Below are positions 11,601-23,170 of a stretch of DNA of 64,000 nt, in pieces. The first letter of the stretch is position 1. Each line of letters begins with the position of its first letter. The translations under genes and the position numbers were made by a program. Source of the stretch: Massalongia carnosa (taxonomy: Eukaryota). Where the stretch lies: assembly GCA_965645245.1 (NCBI GenBank), contig OZ287069.1:1240001-1304000 (forward strand). The letters are read 5' to 3'. A model generated the notes under the pieces. The model made no database searches. It saw only the letters and a program-made list of their open reading frames with translations, and was not told the DNA's origin.

Positions 11601-12645
11601 TTCGACCTTATCCAAAATTAAATCAATGAACTCCGATAAATCCCGAGTTTTACTTTATACAGATGGATCGAAAATCGAATTTGCAACGTCTGCAGTCACA
11701 TTTGCGCCAATTATGAGGAATTGGAGTAGTATTATCAATAATTTTGATCGATTTATCGAAAAAGATTGTCTGATCAAGTATCATACGATTTCGAAAAGCT
11801 GGAAATTAAGCAAACAGTCAAGCATTAAAAATGCTGAACTGCATGCAATTTTACAAGCAATGAAATGGGTCTATAAATTGTCTAATACTAATATTTTATC
11901 GAACTTGGAAAAAACGATTTGGATTTTTTCTGATAGTATAAACGCGATAAACGAAATTCAGAACTTGAAAAATCATATTTTCGCAAGACAAATTCGAAAG
12001 CTCGCAAAACGCTTATTTGAAAGCAATTATCAGGTGATTTTGCAATGGGTTCCGAGTCATTCGAATATTACCGAAAACGAAATTGCAGACAAAATAGCAA
12101 AGACGGGCCATAATCAAATCCTAGTCGAGTCCTCGGCTATAACATTTGATTATGTAAAAGATCAAATAAATCAAAATATGCTAACCACATGGACGAATCA
12201 ATGGCAACAATGCAAATCAAAAGGCAAATACTACGAGAAATTCGAAATGAAACCTGGCATATCGAGATTTTATTATTTATCAAACAACTGTTCCAAATTG
12301 ATATTTGCTACTATTATGCAATTAAAATTCGGACACGGCTATTTTCGATCATATTTACATCGATTGAAAGATTATAATTCGTCAAAATGCTCAAATCGAT
12401 GCAATCAACGACAAACGCCAGAACACTTGTTATTGAATTGCATTCACTATTTCGATGAAATTCAAAACATGAAACAAACCATCGATACTACGATCAACTT
12501 GAATATGTTGTTTAATACAAAAATCGGAAATGACATTTTGATTAAATTCATTGTCAATAACAAAATCGCGACTAGAAAATGGATACTAGGTCAGCTTGAT
12601 GACGAGATTTTCGAAACTGGAGGTTGGGGAGAGATCGAACAGTAA
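8632..12645 (+). CDS. LINE ORF2: AP endonuclease, reverse transcriptase, RNase H and C-terminal zinc knuckle
   Basis: 1337 aa. APE motifs QEP, GDFNAHH, IDLT, SDH; RT motifs YRIITLLN, QGSPISP, FIDD, WLG; RNase H motifs YTDGS, AELHAI, FSDS, WVPSH, NEIAD; C-terminal C…C…H…C. Confidence 0.97.
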   Translation: MAGQHSLTNIENTQNVKFIQHNCAKSTNAMISCLEYALSNQIDIVLFQEPWTRDQKTISHPSFTCIMPKIATYRSRVAIFVTNGNSKLQCTPRTDLIDDSDMQIIEITIDEVRKVQIFNIYNEKSQSDRETYTIDRLLIQLQPKSTDQFVICGDFNAHHNWWNSKIQQAIRSENLVKWLKLNRCSLINTPDLCTYCAHSGSSSSVIDLTFANSKIENAITNWSIDENAVTGSDHEVIRFELIASFKNLTSHATALSNKYNCNKADWNKFAKYLDENSTIYESQVQSLLNNHQFDESAIYLQNIIKNAAEMFIPKTKICAKSKNWWSHDLTELRKTMCRHRREWKNYPSDFSHRTFKHSRIEYFHAIRKAKQQTWLTFLENAANKDVFTAYKYTKPRIFEKIPPILHENKLNVQFDDKCDAFVSAMYTKNPFIDDNEEDLSNQDSVNDDNWPDLTENELKNAISLFNPKKACGPDAINFTIVQKSFQSLKNVFFMIYSKFIRIGYHPLCWRTGLGAVLKKPNKSDYSFPKSYRIITLLNCLGKIAEKIVANRLAYFGENSNLLDIEQMGGRKNHSAIDAVMNVVHDIEIANRNKNVLSCLLLDVKGAFDFVSINQLLNVMKKLKLSRIIIQWVKHFMTKRSINLIFDENLSKTYYVESGIPQGSPISPILFLIYIRHLFPKIRMKFNAHSPSFIDDVAIYVENKTAKQNCKEIEIIVKTAFDWAASNNIKFDDDKSELIHFEKTRNVSKDTLELPNGTVLEPKNVVKWLGVWLDRKLNFKKHVETRISSANRSFFAIQNLMKSEWGLKPTACRQLYMSCIIPISDYGSEIWYNGQKKYEKLFQNLQNQMIRKILGTFKTTPIQAMEIESHVLPVKLRLLMKNQKYAIRLLKIAENNPICQRIPNTYSIKFENIGFDTSLWNNKYAEWNEDEKQTNKRHPSQLIRVLHSVSDIVHKTDEFEQSNHFIKPWKSPCKIKFQIENTKESAKSSYYSTLSKIKSMNSDKSRVLLYTDGSKIEFATSAVTFAPIMRNWSSIINNFDRFIEKDCLIKYHTISKSWKLSKQSSIKNAELHAILQAMKWVYKLSNTNILSNLEKTIWIFSDSINAINEIQNLKNHIFARQIRKLAKRLFESNYQVILQWVPSHSNITENEIADKIAKTGHNQILVESSAITFDYVKDQINQNMLTTWTNQWQQCKSKGKYYEKFEMKPGISRFYYLSNNCSKLIFATIMQLKFGHGYFRSYLHRLKDYNSSKCSNRCNQRQTPEHLLLNCIHYFDEIQNMKQTIDTTINLNMLFNTKIGNDILIKFIVNNKIATRKWILGQLDDEIFETGGWGEIEQ

Positions 12646-13215
12646 AATCAGAAACGATTTATGCTGAAACATTCACGAACTTACAAAGACAAATTTTAAA
12701 ATCGATATTCTTCGATTACTATAGGTTGTTACTAACACGGAGTAAAAATGGGGAAAAATTGACAATACATAGATGGGTTATAAAGGGTTGATTTATTTGT
12801 AATATAGAAACATATCCTAAAATAGTTTAGTGTCATAACCTTAGGTTGAATACACTTAATGAATAAATAAAAAAAAAAAAAAAAATATCCTAAAATAGTT
12901 TAGTGTCATAACCTTAGGTTGAATACACTTAATGAATAAATAAATAAAAAAAAGTAATCAACACGGTCGAAAAATCGAAAACCGGTCAGAATATCGTTCT
13001 CGCTACTAGTTCGAAAAACACTGCTGCAGAATTGTTGGAAAACAAATCTATATGGGAACATACGTTCGATGCACAAAGAATTCGAAAAGACGAATCCTGG
13101 ATTAAAGTGATCGCATATGGAGTAAATATTGCAACGTTTGATCAAAATATGCAATATTTGCAAAATGAAATCCAGAAATTCAACCTTAACATGGAATTAT
13201 GCGATTTACCCAGAT

Positions 13216-13653
13216 TGTCATGGACTGGGTTGGGAATTGAGCTAATTTTCCTAGGAATTGGATTTGATGATCAAGATGTCTTTATTAATGAGGCTATAGC
13301 TAGGAGGTAGTTTGCTATACAAGACGTCGGACGAGGAGTCAACTATCTACAGGATATGTCCTCTTATTATAACTGAGTGAGCCCCTTCTTTCTCATGTTT
13401 TACCTTCACCCTAGATGAGAGATTTTGGTGATGGTGGCGGCGATAAGGTGGAGCGATAAGTGGGCCCGTGGATGTGATCGTTCTAGCGATAAGAGGGTAT
13501 AGTGGAGTGAGGAAATTGGTGGAGTGGAGTAAGGGGTTTATTCAGACTCATACCGAGGATGAATCTGAATAGGCTTTCAGGTGGCTTTTACCTCGATCGC
13601 CGCTTGACGGTTCGGTAATCATTAGGTTTTAACTCAAACTTTATTTCATGACA
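13216..13653 (-). repeat. G1 3' LTR
   Basis: TGTCATG…CATGACA ends; near-identical to 33162-33599; adjacent PPT-like gaagggggag on the minus strand. Confidence 0.95.
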
Positions 13654-13693
13654 GTAGCTCCCCCTTCGAAGGCTGAGCTCCTGCGATCCTGGT

Positions 13694-15382
13694 TCAGTCA
13701 TGACACTGACATCTAGGAATGAGACAAGGGATTATGTGAGGCCCTATGGCATGAGGGTAAGCTTCATGAAATTTATCGATTGCTTGCTGACAATTGGTTA
13801 GCAGGTTAAAAGGTTCCCATGTCATAGGATGTCCTTCCCAATTCACAAGATATTTGAGGAGCGGTAGTTGATAACGTCGATCCGTCTTTGAGTTGAGAAT
13901 ACTGTTGACATACCACTCGCGTTGACCGTCTGTACCGACTATAGGGTTTCGAGGTTCGTGAAGTTGGCCAGAAAGAGGATCGTCTGCATCGTGCTGCAGA
14001 AGGTTGACATGAAAAACGGGATGAACTTGTAGCGTGTCGGGAAGTTCAAGCTGAACGATAAGAGGATAGGAAGATACTTTGGTGACCCTATAGGGGCCGG
14101 CGTGTCGATCGTTCAGTTTGGCTGCCGGTCGGGCTGTCTGAATGTTTCGAGTATTTAACCATACCATATCATCCACGAGATAGCGGGGGCACGGGCGACG
14201 ATTCTTGTAAGCGGTGGCTTCGTAGGAGGCTTGTGCGATTAACATTTCGTCATGAAGATGAGTATCTACATCCTTCATCTTATCCACGAACTGATTAGCG
14301 GCAACTAGGTTGGCTCTTCCTTGAGCGGTCAGATCATGGGGTAGAGGTTCTTCCGGCTCGAATCCTACTCGGGGATGTTGTCCGTGATTGGCTAGGAAGG
14401 GAGATGCGAGGATACTGGAGGAGTCGGTATTGTTGCTAGCGAATTCAGCACCTGGTAAGTACTGAGCCCAGTCGTCTTGCATATAATTGACATAGGCTCG
14501 AAGATAGTGCTCCATGGTCGTATTAGCCCTTTCGGTTTGGCCGTCGGTTTCAGGGTAAAAGCTGGTTGATAACCTAGCATCAATCTTAAGACGTTTACAC
14601 ATGAGTTCCCAGAAGTCGGAGGTGAACTGAGTGCCTCGATCAGAAGTCAAGGCGTCGGGGAGTCCGTGTAATTTCCACACGTTCTGATAGAAGGAGTTGG
14701 CAGCTTCTTCTGCCTCCATGGAGGTGTTAGGGACAAAGTGTCGCATCTTGGAGAGACGGTCGATGAAGACCAGTACATATCGATAGGTGACACCCATGAA
14801 GGTACTAGGAGGCAGTGGTCCTATATAGTCCATAGAGACATCACGCCATCGACGTTCAGGCGGGGATAGAGGGCGCAGCCAACCTTGTTATAGTTGACGG
14901 GACGGTTTGGATCGCTTACAGGTGTGACAGTTGCGAATAAATCTTTTTACGGTTTGATGCATATTGGGCCACCAGTACGATCGACTCATCAACTCATAAC
15001 ACTTGGAGCGGCCAGGATGACCACCCGCTACACTGTCGTAGGCATGCTGGATGAGACGAAGTCTTAGGCGATCTGACTTGGGTACGTACTTGCGATCCTG
15101 AAAATAAAGAACTCCATCTCTATTCTCACACTCGGCTAGCTGAATTTTAGGATGATAACGGACGTTGTTATGGAATGCGTCTAGGATTTTTGATGCGAAT
15201 TGATCTCGAAGTTGAGCCTGTTCCCATAACAGTTGAGTGGGGACATCTAGAGGGTCTTGATCGGGATTGACTTGATCGGTAGGTTGATCCAACTGGGGTT
15301 CGTCAGCTCGGTCGGGTTCGATGAACTCGGGATCGGGTTCAATGAACTCGGGGTCGGGTTCGATGAACGTAGGGGCTAGCAT
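13694..15382 (-). pseudogene. G1 integrase (HHCC, DDE, GPY/F) with chromodomain
   Basis: GHPG…YWW…C..C, SDRGTQF, TDGQTER, GPY, HPVFHV and YLVNWEG motifs; internal stop at 14888. Confidence 0.92.
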
Positions 15383-16560
15383 TATGGTGGAGAGGAAGCT
15401 TGCTGCAACTTTATCATCTAGGTTGTGAGTTTTCAGTATGGTTTGATGCTGGTATTTTTGTCTTTCGTCGGTTTCATCCCCCTCTTTAGGGAGATCTCCT
15501 GATCGACGAGTTAATGCATCTGGCTTTCCTCCTGCTTTTCCGGGTCGATAGACTATTTTAAAGTCAAAAAGTCAAAACGAGACAAGAATTCAGACCAACG
15601 GGCCTGTCTGCGACTGAGCTGCTGGGTAAAAGCGAAGTATTCCAAGTTTTTATAGTCTGAAATTACGCTAATGGGAAAAGCAGAGCCTTCCAACTCGGGT
15701 CTCCATTCTTCAAAGCAACGGACGATGGCCATTAACTCTTTGTCGTAGATCTCGTAGTTGCATTCGGCCGGATTGTGTTTTTTAGAGAAGTAGGCGATGG
15801 GGCGCAGCACGTTTTCATCATCATATTGCGAGAGAATACTAGCGGAGACATAATCGGAAGCATCAGTTTCGACGATGATGGGTTTGTCAGGGTTGAAATG
15901 CAGAAGCACTTTTTCGGAGGTAAAAGCCTTTCTGAGAGTATTGAAAGCTTGCTGACATTGATCAGCCAGTTGAACTCGACTTCCTTCTTGGTTAGATTCG
16001 TTAGTGGACTGGCTATATTACTGAAGCCATAGATGAATCTTCTATAGAAGTTAGCGAATCCCAAAAAGGTTTACACATCCTTTATGTTGATCGAGGTTGG
16101 CCAGTTGGTTACGTTTTCGACTTTGGCAGGATCCATTCTGATACCCTCGGTGGTTACGATTAATCCTAGATATGCAACCTCTTTAACATTGAATTTAGAT
16201 TTGGTGATGTCGCATAGTAGCCCGTTTTCTATCAATTTGTTGAGAACTCTTCTGACATGGATCTCGTGTTCGCCTTCGATTTCACTATAGATAAGAATAT
16301 CATCGAGATAGGCTGTACAGAAATCGTCAAGAAATTCTCGAAGAATGTCGTTGATGAAATGTTGAAAAGAGGCGGGTCCGTTGCACAGACCGAAAAGCAA
16401 GACCAGGGATTTGAATAGGCCGAAACGAGTTCAAAAGGCGGTGAGTTCCTCATCCCCCTCTTTGATTCGAAGGCGATTAAAGGCTGCAATGATATCTAGC
16501 TTGGTGGATATCTTGGCCCTGGCTAATCGATGCAGGGTTTCAGCAATCAGGGGAAGTATA

Positions 16561-17098
16561 TGTCAGGGCATAGAAGGAATAAGGGCTAAGCTAACTAAGC
16601 GGGGCTTAGTTCTACGGCTAGGCTTAGTCATATGGAAAGCAGTTGGTCTGCGTTACGCGGCTGGTATCTACTGCCGAGAGTATAGTACGAGCGATCGAGA
16701 TATACGAGGATGCTCGTACGATTAGTGAGCGGATGGTACGATACAGTCAGCACAGTGTCCACGATACAGTCAGTACAGTGTCCACGATACAGTCAGCACA
16801 GTATCTACGATACAGTCAGCACAGTATCCACGATGCAGTCAGCAGAGTGTTTAGCCGGCTTATCCGGTAGGAGTAATAGGCGGTCAAGATAGTTACAGTA
16901 TCAAGGGCCCAGAGGGTCAAGGGCTTCGGTCCGGGTATATAAGGAGGCTGCTCGAGGGAGATGCAATCTTCAACGATTAGTCTTCCGCTTTACCTACATA
17001 CTTCTTTTAGAATATTAGTATAGCAAATCATTAGTGTCTTGATATTGTCACATATCCCTAGGCCTGGTGTCTGATAATCGCCAGGTCTGACTCTTACA
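16561..17098 (+). repeat. G2 5' LTR, with a 23-bp tandem array (acgatacagtcagcacagtgtcc, ~4.5 units, ~16738-16850) and TATA box at 16936-16942
   Basis: Direct repeat of 22633-23170 with TG…CA ends. Confidence 0.95.
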
Positions 17099-17174
17099 AT
17101 TCTAATCGTTCTATCCTCAAGGAGTGACGATCCGTTGACACATTTATACACCTTCTATACACTATCGTCCCGCC

Positions 17175-18392
17175 ATGTCCGCGCAAGAAGTTGCCTCTGA
17201 TACCATGATGCCGGAGGAGCGGATCGAAGAACTTTCGAATTCTGAGGGCCCTGGAAGAGGAGCCCTGACCCCAATGGAAAAAGTAGTCGAACCCATTCAA
17301 CCCCTGACTTTGGACGAACAGATAGCGCAAGCTGAGCGCAGGCGTAGTGAACTTAAGAAGGAAGTTCGTCTGAGGAATTTGGAAGCCAGTATTGAGCAAC
17401 TGCAAGAACAAACTCAAAAGCCTTCGAAACCTCCAAACCCTACCGGATCATCCAAGGAACCGGTAATGAGAGGAGCCATTAACCCTCGTTCTGACGACGA
17501 TGTAGAGATGACGAGTAGCCAGTCGGTACATGTTGTTGTTTACAGGAGACGCGCTGCTAGACCCGAGAAAGTCAGTCCCTATCATGGAAAAACGGTCAAG
17601 GAACATCTGGATTATGAGCGGAACTGCAGAGTGGCGTTTCGCGTGGCAAAAGAGGACTTCCCAGATGATGAATCCAAGATCGCTTTCGCAATGCAATCGC
17701 TGGAAGGGGAGCCTAAGGAAGCTTGGCATCGATATGAGGCAGACGGTGAAATGCACAATTATACCTTCGAAGAGTACTTGAAATTCTTGTTAAATATTGT
17801 CGAGGACCCAGTTAATCGAGGTCTGCATATGGCCCAATTATTTGCCGAAGCCAAGCAAGGAGAAAAGCAAACGGTAAGAGCTTTCGAGGCGCACTTGAGT
17901 AGCCTCGAGGACCAGTTGCCCTCCTATACCGAAGAACAAAGAGCGACTCATCTGTTTACTAAGTTGCGGCCGTCTATTAGAGCAGCTATAGGCAACTATC
18001 AGAATATACCAAGGACTAGAGAAGCTCTGGTGACTCTGGCCAGTAGGCTGGAAAACAATCAGAAAAGAGAAAACGATGTCTAAACGACGTCGAAGCATGA
18101 GCGTCCAAATGGTTCTCACCCCCCTCGCACTAAATCATATAGAGATAAGAGGAACGAGGAGATAAAGGACACTGACAAACCAAAACCTACGAAAGACGGT
18201 AAAAGGGGTCAGAAAAGAAAGCATGCTGAGACAAAGGAAAGTACCGACGAGGTGACATGTTATCGCTGCGGAGAACAGGGGCACTACGCCAACAAGTGTC
18301 CCAACCCTCCTAAAGACGACAAGGAGCCGAAGCACGGTGTGAACGCCGTCGCAAAGTCGGGAAAAGCCAAACCTCCACGGAAAGCTCGCTAG
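17175..18392 (+). pseudogene. gag: G2 gag with one premature stop (18081-18083) and a CCHC knuckle
   Basis: The frame continues past TAA to CYRCGEQGHYANKC and ends at TAG 18390-18392. Confidence 0.88.
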
Positions 18393-21300
18393 CCGATGGA
18401 GGGAAAAGATCAGTAGAAAGCGAGCCAAGCCTAATTCCTAAGGGGACTATAACGAGCGGAGGCCAAAAATACCCGGCGACAGTGTTGCTTGATGGAGCAG
18501 CCGAGATTAATGTGATTAATCAGGGATTCGCCGTCGCTTCAGATCTTAGACCTATTGAAAGCGAACTACCTGCTCCTCAATTCATGGATGGTAAAGAGGT
18601 TTACTGCTATGGAGCTTATGAGGTAGTAATGGCTCTCGAGGATACTTGGGAACGACAGCGCACCTTTACCAGCTTGTTTTACGCAATTGACAAACAGGGC
18701 CCTGACTTGGTGTTGGGTCTCCCTGGTCTCAAACAGCTGGGTATCGTAATCGATTATGGAGCGAAGCGCTGGCGTTATGGCTTTCAGTCTGATATGTTCG
18801 AGTTGTGCAAGCCTAAACAGTTTGCGAAGACCCTGGATTCCGGGGCACCACTCTATGCTATAATGGCTCAATACATTGCAACTTCTTCCGAAAGACAACC
18901 TGTTAATGTTGGCGCTGTTGATGAGAACAACAGCCGGAACACCAACGAAACGCAGGGGATACCTGTGGAATTTGCTGAATTCCAGGATGTTTTTTCTAAG
19001 GACAGAGCCAATCAATTAGCCACGCACAAGGACTGTGACCACGCTATCGATTTAGAAGGCGGTGATCCACCTTATGGTCCTTTATACAACTTATCGAATA
19101 CGGAGCTTAAGACTCTTCGGGAATATCTTGACGACGCCCTGGCGAAGGGTTGGATCCGGCACTCCACCAGTTCTGCTGGTGCACCAATACTATTTGTGCC
19201 TAAGAAGGACGGTACTCTGCGCCTCTGCATTGACTATCGAGGATTGAATAAGGTAACCAAAAAGAATCGTCATCCGCTCCCTCTTATCACGCAGATACTG
19301 GATCAGTTAAACGGGTGTTCCTATTTTACCAAAATGGATTTGCGAGATGCTTATCATCGTCTCCGAATCCGCAAGGGCGACGAGTGGAAGACGGCATTTC
19401 GATCCCGTTACGGACACTACGAGTATATGGTTATGCCTTTTGGATTAGCCAACGCCCCTGCAAATTTTCAAGCTTACATCAATAAAGCTTTATCTGGGAT
19501 CGTGGATGTTTTCTGCGTAGTCTATCTGGACGATATATTGGTATTTTCCAAAGATAGAACCAGCCATGTAGAGCATGTTAAAGAGGTGTTACGTCGTCTA
19601 AGGAAACACGATCTCTATGCAAATCTTAAAAAGTGCGAGTTCTTTGTTCCGGCCGTGGAATATCTAGGGTTTATCATTAGCAGCGATGGTATCTCCATGG
19701 ATCCACGCCGGGTTGAAACCGTGCGGGATTGGCCTGCACTTCAGTCCTTTCGAGACATTCAGGTCTTTCTAGGATTCGCCAATTTCTATCGACGTTTCAT
19801 ACGTCATTATTCTCAAATCACTAGGCCATTGACTGACATGCTGAAAGGCATGCAGGCTGGGATAAAAAGGGGTACTTTTTATCTTACGGCCGAAGGAGCG
19901 GAAGCGTTTAGCAAGCTGAAAGAAGCCTTTCAGGGCGCGCCCATCTTGGTTCACTTCGATCCAGAACTGCTCATTCGCCTAGAGACCGATGCATCGGATT
20001 TCGGAATCTCTGGCATTATCTCCCAGTTGCAGATGGATGGGCAATGGCATCCCGTCGCTTTCTACTCGCGGAAGATGATACTGGCCGAGCGCAACTATGA
20101 AACCCATGATCAAGAGTTGCTGGCCATTGTGATGTGTTTTAAACACTGGAGGCATTACCTGGAGGGTAGCCTGCACCCCGTTGAGGTCCTGACAGACCAC
20201 AACAATTTGAGGGGTTTTATGAATATTAAGGTGTTGAGTGGTCGGCAAGCGCGATTGGCTATGAAATTAGCCGCTTATGATTTCGTCATCATGCATCGCT
20301 CGGGAAAGACCAATCCTGCCGATGCACCGTCTAGGCGCCCTGATTATCAGAGCATCAACACCGAGGTGACGAGATTGTTGCCTACTCTTCAAAAGAAGCT
20401 GAGCAAAATAGATTCCTTATGCGTAGGCTATACGCCGGGGATTCGTACGTTGCTTGCCGCACTTAGGTATGATCTTCGATCAAAGATAGCTTCGTCCGGG
20501 ATTGAATCCCTGGAGAATTTAGAGGGTGAAACCTCTAAATCAATTACTTCTCTTGACGAAGAGAGTGATACTTTTGAAGTCGGCTTGACGCAATGTATTC
20601 CCCGGGCTGTAGCTGTTGCCTTATCAGATGAAGAAAAGCCTTTGGAAAGTGCTTCCAAGTCAGTGCTTGAACTCATCAATCCGCTACAGGGGAAAGACGC
20701 ATTCGTGTCTAGCAGGCGAGAGACCGTTGCTAAGTCTTTGAAGCGCAAGGGTGGTCGCTCCCCCGAAGCAATTTAGACTATAGATAGCAATGATCTTCTC
20801 AATCATCGTGGCAAAATTTACGTGCCCGATGAAGAATCTATTCGTGCGGACCTGTTGCGGCGTCATCATGACGACGAGCTCGCGGGTCATTTTGGTGCGG
20901 AGAAAACAGCTGAGTTGCTTACCCGCAAATACTATTGGAAAGGACTTAACAAGACTGTAAAGAAGTACACGGAATCCTGCGACATTTGTCAAAGGACGAA
21001 GGCGCCTAGGCACCGACCTTACGGGGTTATGCAATCGCTTCCACGTCCTTCCGGTCCTTGGAAAGAAATCACTATGGATTTCATAACTGGGTTTCCACCT
21101 AGCAAGCGTTTCGGCCGGGTTTATGACTCGTGCCTAGTAATTGTGGATAGATATACCAAAATGGCGCTATACATCCCGGTTACGAAAAAAATCAATGCAG
21201 TGGACCTTACGGAAATTCTGTTTGAATCGGTAGTATTACAGTTCGGCGCTCCTGAGGGCATAGTATCGGATAGAGGGTCGGTCTTTACCAGTGAGTACTG

Positions 21301-22081
21301 GTCAGAAATTTGTTTTCATTTAAAGACGAAACGCCGGCTTAGCACGGCCTTTCACCCTCAAACTGATGGCCAAACCGAACGACAAAACCAGACCCTTGAA
21401 CACTATTTAAGAGTTTACTGCACTGACAATCAATCCAACTGGGTGGCACTATTGCCCCTAGCACAATTTGTCTACCAAGTCAGTTATCAAAGTACGCTTG
21501 GGTGCAGCCCCTTTTATTGTATGTACGGCTATAACCCGGAGATTCGCTACGAAGTCGGGGACGACATCGCTGTGGAGAGGGTGCCCGCTGCGAAAGAACG
21601 AGTAAAGCAATTACACGAGTTCAGATATTCTTTAGAGGCACGCTGGAAAAGCGTATCCGAAGCGCAGGCCAAGTACTACAACAGGAAACATCTTGAGAAA
21701 GATTTCAATGAAGGGGACTTGGTAATGTTATCTGCCAAGAATCTAAAAAAAAAAAGGCCTAGTAAGAAACTTTCACATAACTTTTTAGGTCCTTTTCGCA
21801 TTCTAGAAGCAATCGGTAAGCAGGCATATCGCCTTGCTCTTCCTACGACTTATAGAATTCACCCGGTCTTTCATGTCTCTTACCTAGAACCTTACAAGCG
21901 AAGAGATGGTCAAGAGCATATACCGTTTCTACCCCCACCTGAAATTATTAACGATGAACAGGAATGGGAAGTGGAAGAAATTACAGGTAGAAGGTCTGAG
22001 AAAGGGGAAATATTCTATAAGGTAAAATGGGTAGGATACCCTGAAGAATATGATGAGTGGGTACCAGAGAAAGATCCTTAG
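18359..22081 (+). pseudogene. pol: G2 pol (PR-RT-RH-INT-chromodomain) in the -1 frame, with one premature stop at 20774-20776
   Basis: LLDGAA, YLDD, TDASD, GHFG…C..C, SDRGSVF, GPF and WEVEEI…KWVGY motifs. ORFs 18482-20776 and 20822-22081 are in the same frame. Confidence 0.94.
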
Positions 22082-22632
22082 AACTGAAGCAGGATTTCGA
22101 AGCAAAGCCGAAAGCAAAGCGCAGGCGAATCAAGAAACTACAGGTTACTCGCTGAATCCAGCGAAACCCTTCTTATTCGCCATCTCATTACCATCGGAAC
22201 CTTCTGCTTTCTCGTCCGGCACCTCATCATCACCATCAGTATCTTCTACTTCCTCGTCCGACTCCTCATCACCCTTTTCTTCCTTGAGACTCTCGCTGGA
22301 GGAGCTTTCGGAGACAACAGTCTTGTACTCCTCACCGTCTTCACCTAAATCAACAAACCCCCAACGCTAGCGTTACCGAGCTCGGATCTCTGCTGATAAT
22401 CGCTATCGTCCCCTTCTCCGCTACTTCTAGCGCTTGGAGCGGCATCGGCGACCCAGCATTACCGAGAAGCTAGTGATATTTACATCTACCTACGTCAAGC
22501 GCCAGGTATTCGCGCTTTCTACACAACAAACTTGCTATCTACGCGACATCAGCTATCACGTCCCTACACACTCCCTTCCGCGTTCGAGTACTATACGTGC
22601 TGGAGGACCAGCACTATAGGAGAGGAGGCAAT

Positions 22633-23170
22633 TGTCAGGGCATAGAAGGAATAAGGGCTAAGCTAACTAAGCGGGGCTTAGTTCTACGGCTAGGCTTAGT
22701 CATATGGAAAGCAGTTGGTCTGCGTTACGCGGCTGGTATCTACTGCCGAGAGTATAGTACGAGCGATCGAGAAATACGAGGATGCTCGTACGATTAGTGA
22801 GCGGATGGTACGATACAGTCAGCACAGTGTCCACGATACAGTCAGTAAAGTGTCTACGATACAGTCAGCACAGTGTCTACGATACAGTCAGCACAGTGTC
22901 CACGATGCAGTCAGCAGAGTGTTTAGCCGGCTTATCCGGTAGGAGTAATGGGCGGTCAAGATAGTTACAGTATCAAGGGCCCAGAGGGTCAAGGGCTTCG
23001 GTCCGGGTATATAAGGAGGCTGCTCGAGGGAGATGCAATCTTCAACGATTAGTCTTCCGCTTTACCTACATACTTCTTTTAGTATATTAGTATAGCAAAT
23101 CATTAGTGTCTTCACATTGTCACATATCCCTAGGCCTTGTGTCTGATAATCGCCAGGTCTGACTCTTACA
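22633..23170 (+). repeat. G2 3' LTR
   Basis: About 10 substitutions versus the 5' LTR, counted by eye. Confidence 0.95.

Larger units (their letters stand above)
6052..12884 (+). mobile_element. Intact full-length Tad1-clade LINE (copy A)
   Basis: 13-bp TSD atatcctaaaata (6039-6051 and 12885-12897), ~0.9 kb 5' UTR, two uninterrupted ORFs, ~220 nt 3' UTR, AATAAA and poly(A). Confidence 0.96.
5961..12953 (+). mobile_element. Short 5'-truncated LINE 3'-end stub (5961-6051 plus 12898-12953), itself split by LINE A
   Basis: 3' UTR sequence with an A tail, flanked by the 14-bp TSD gtaatcaacacggt at 5947-5960 and 12954-12967. Confidence 0.88.
16561..23170 (+). mobile_element. Ty3/Gypsy chromovirus G2, nearly intact, inserted in the G1 RT
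   Basis: 538-bp LTRs at 16561-17098 and 22633-23170; imperfect TSD gtata/gtaga; PPT aggagaggagg before the 3' LTR. Host RT resumes across the insertion (KNRY|LPLI). Confidence 0.96.
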
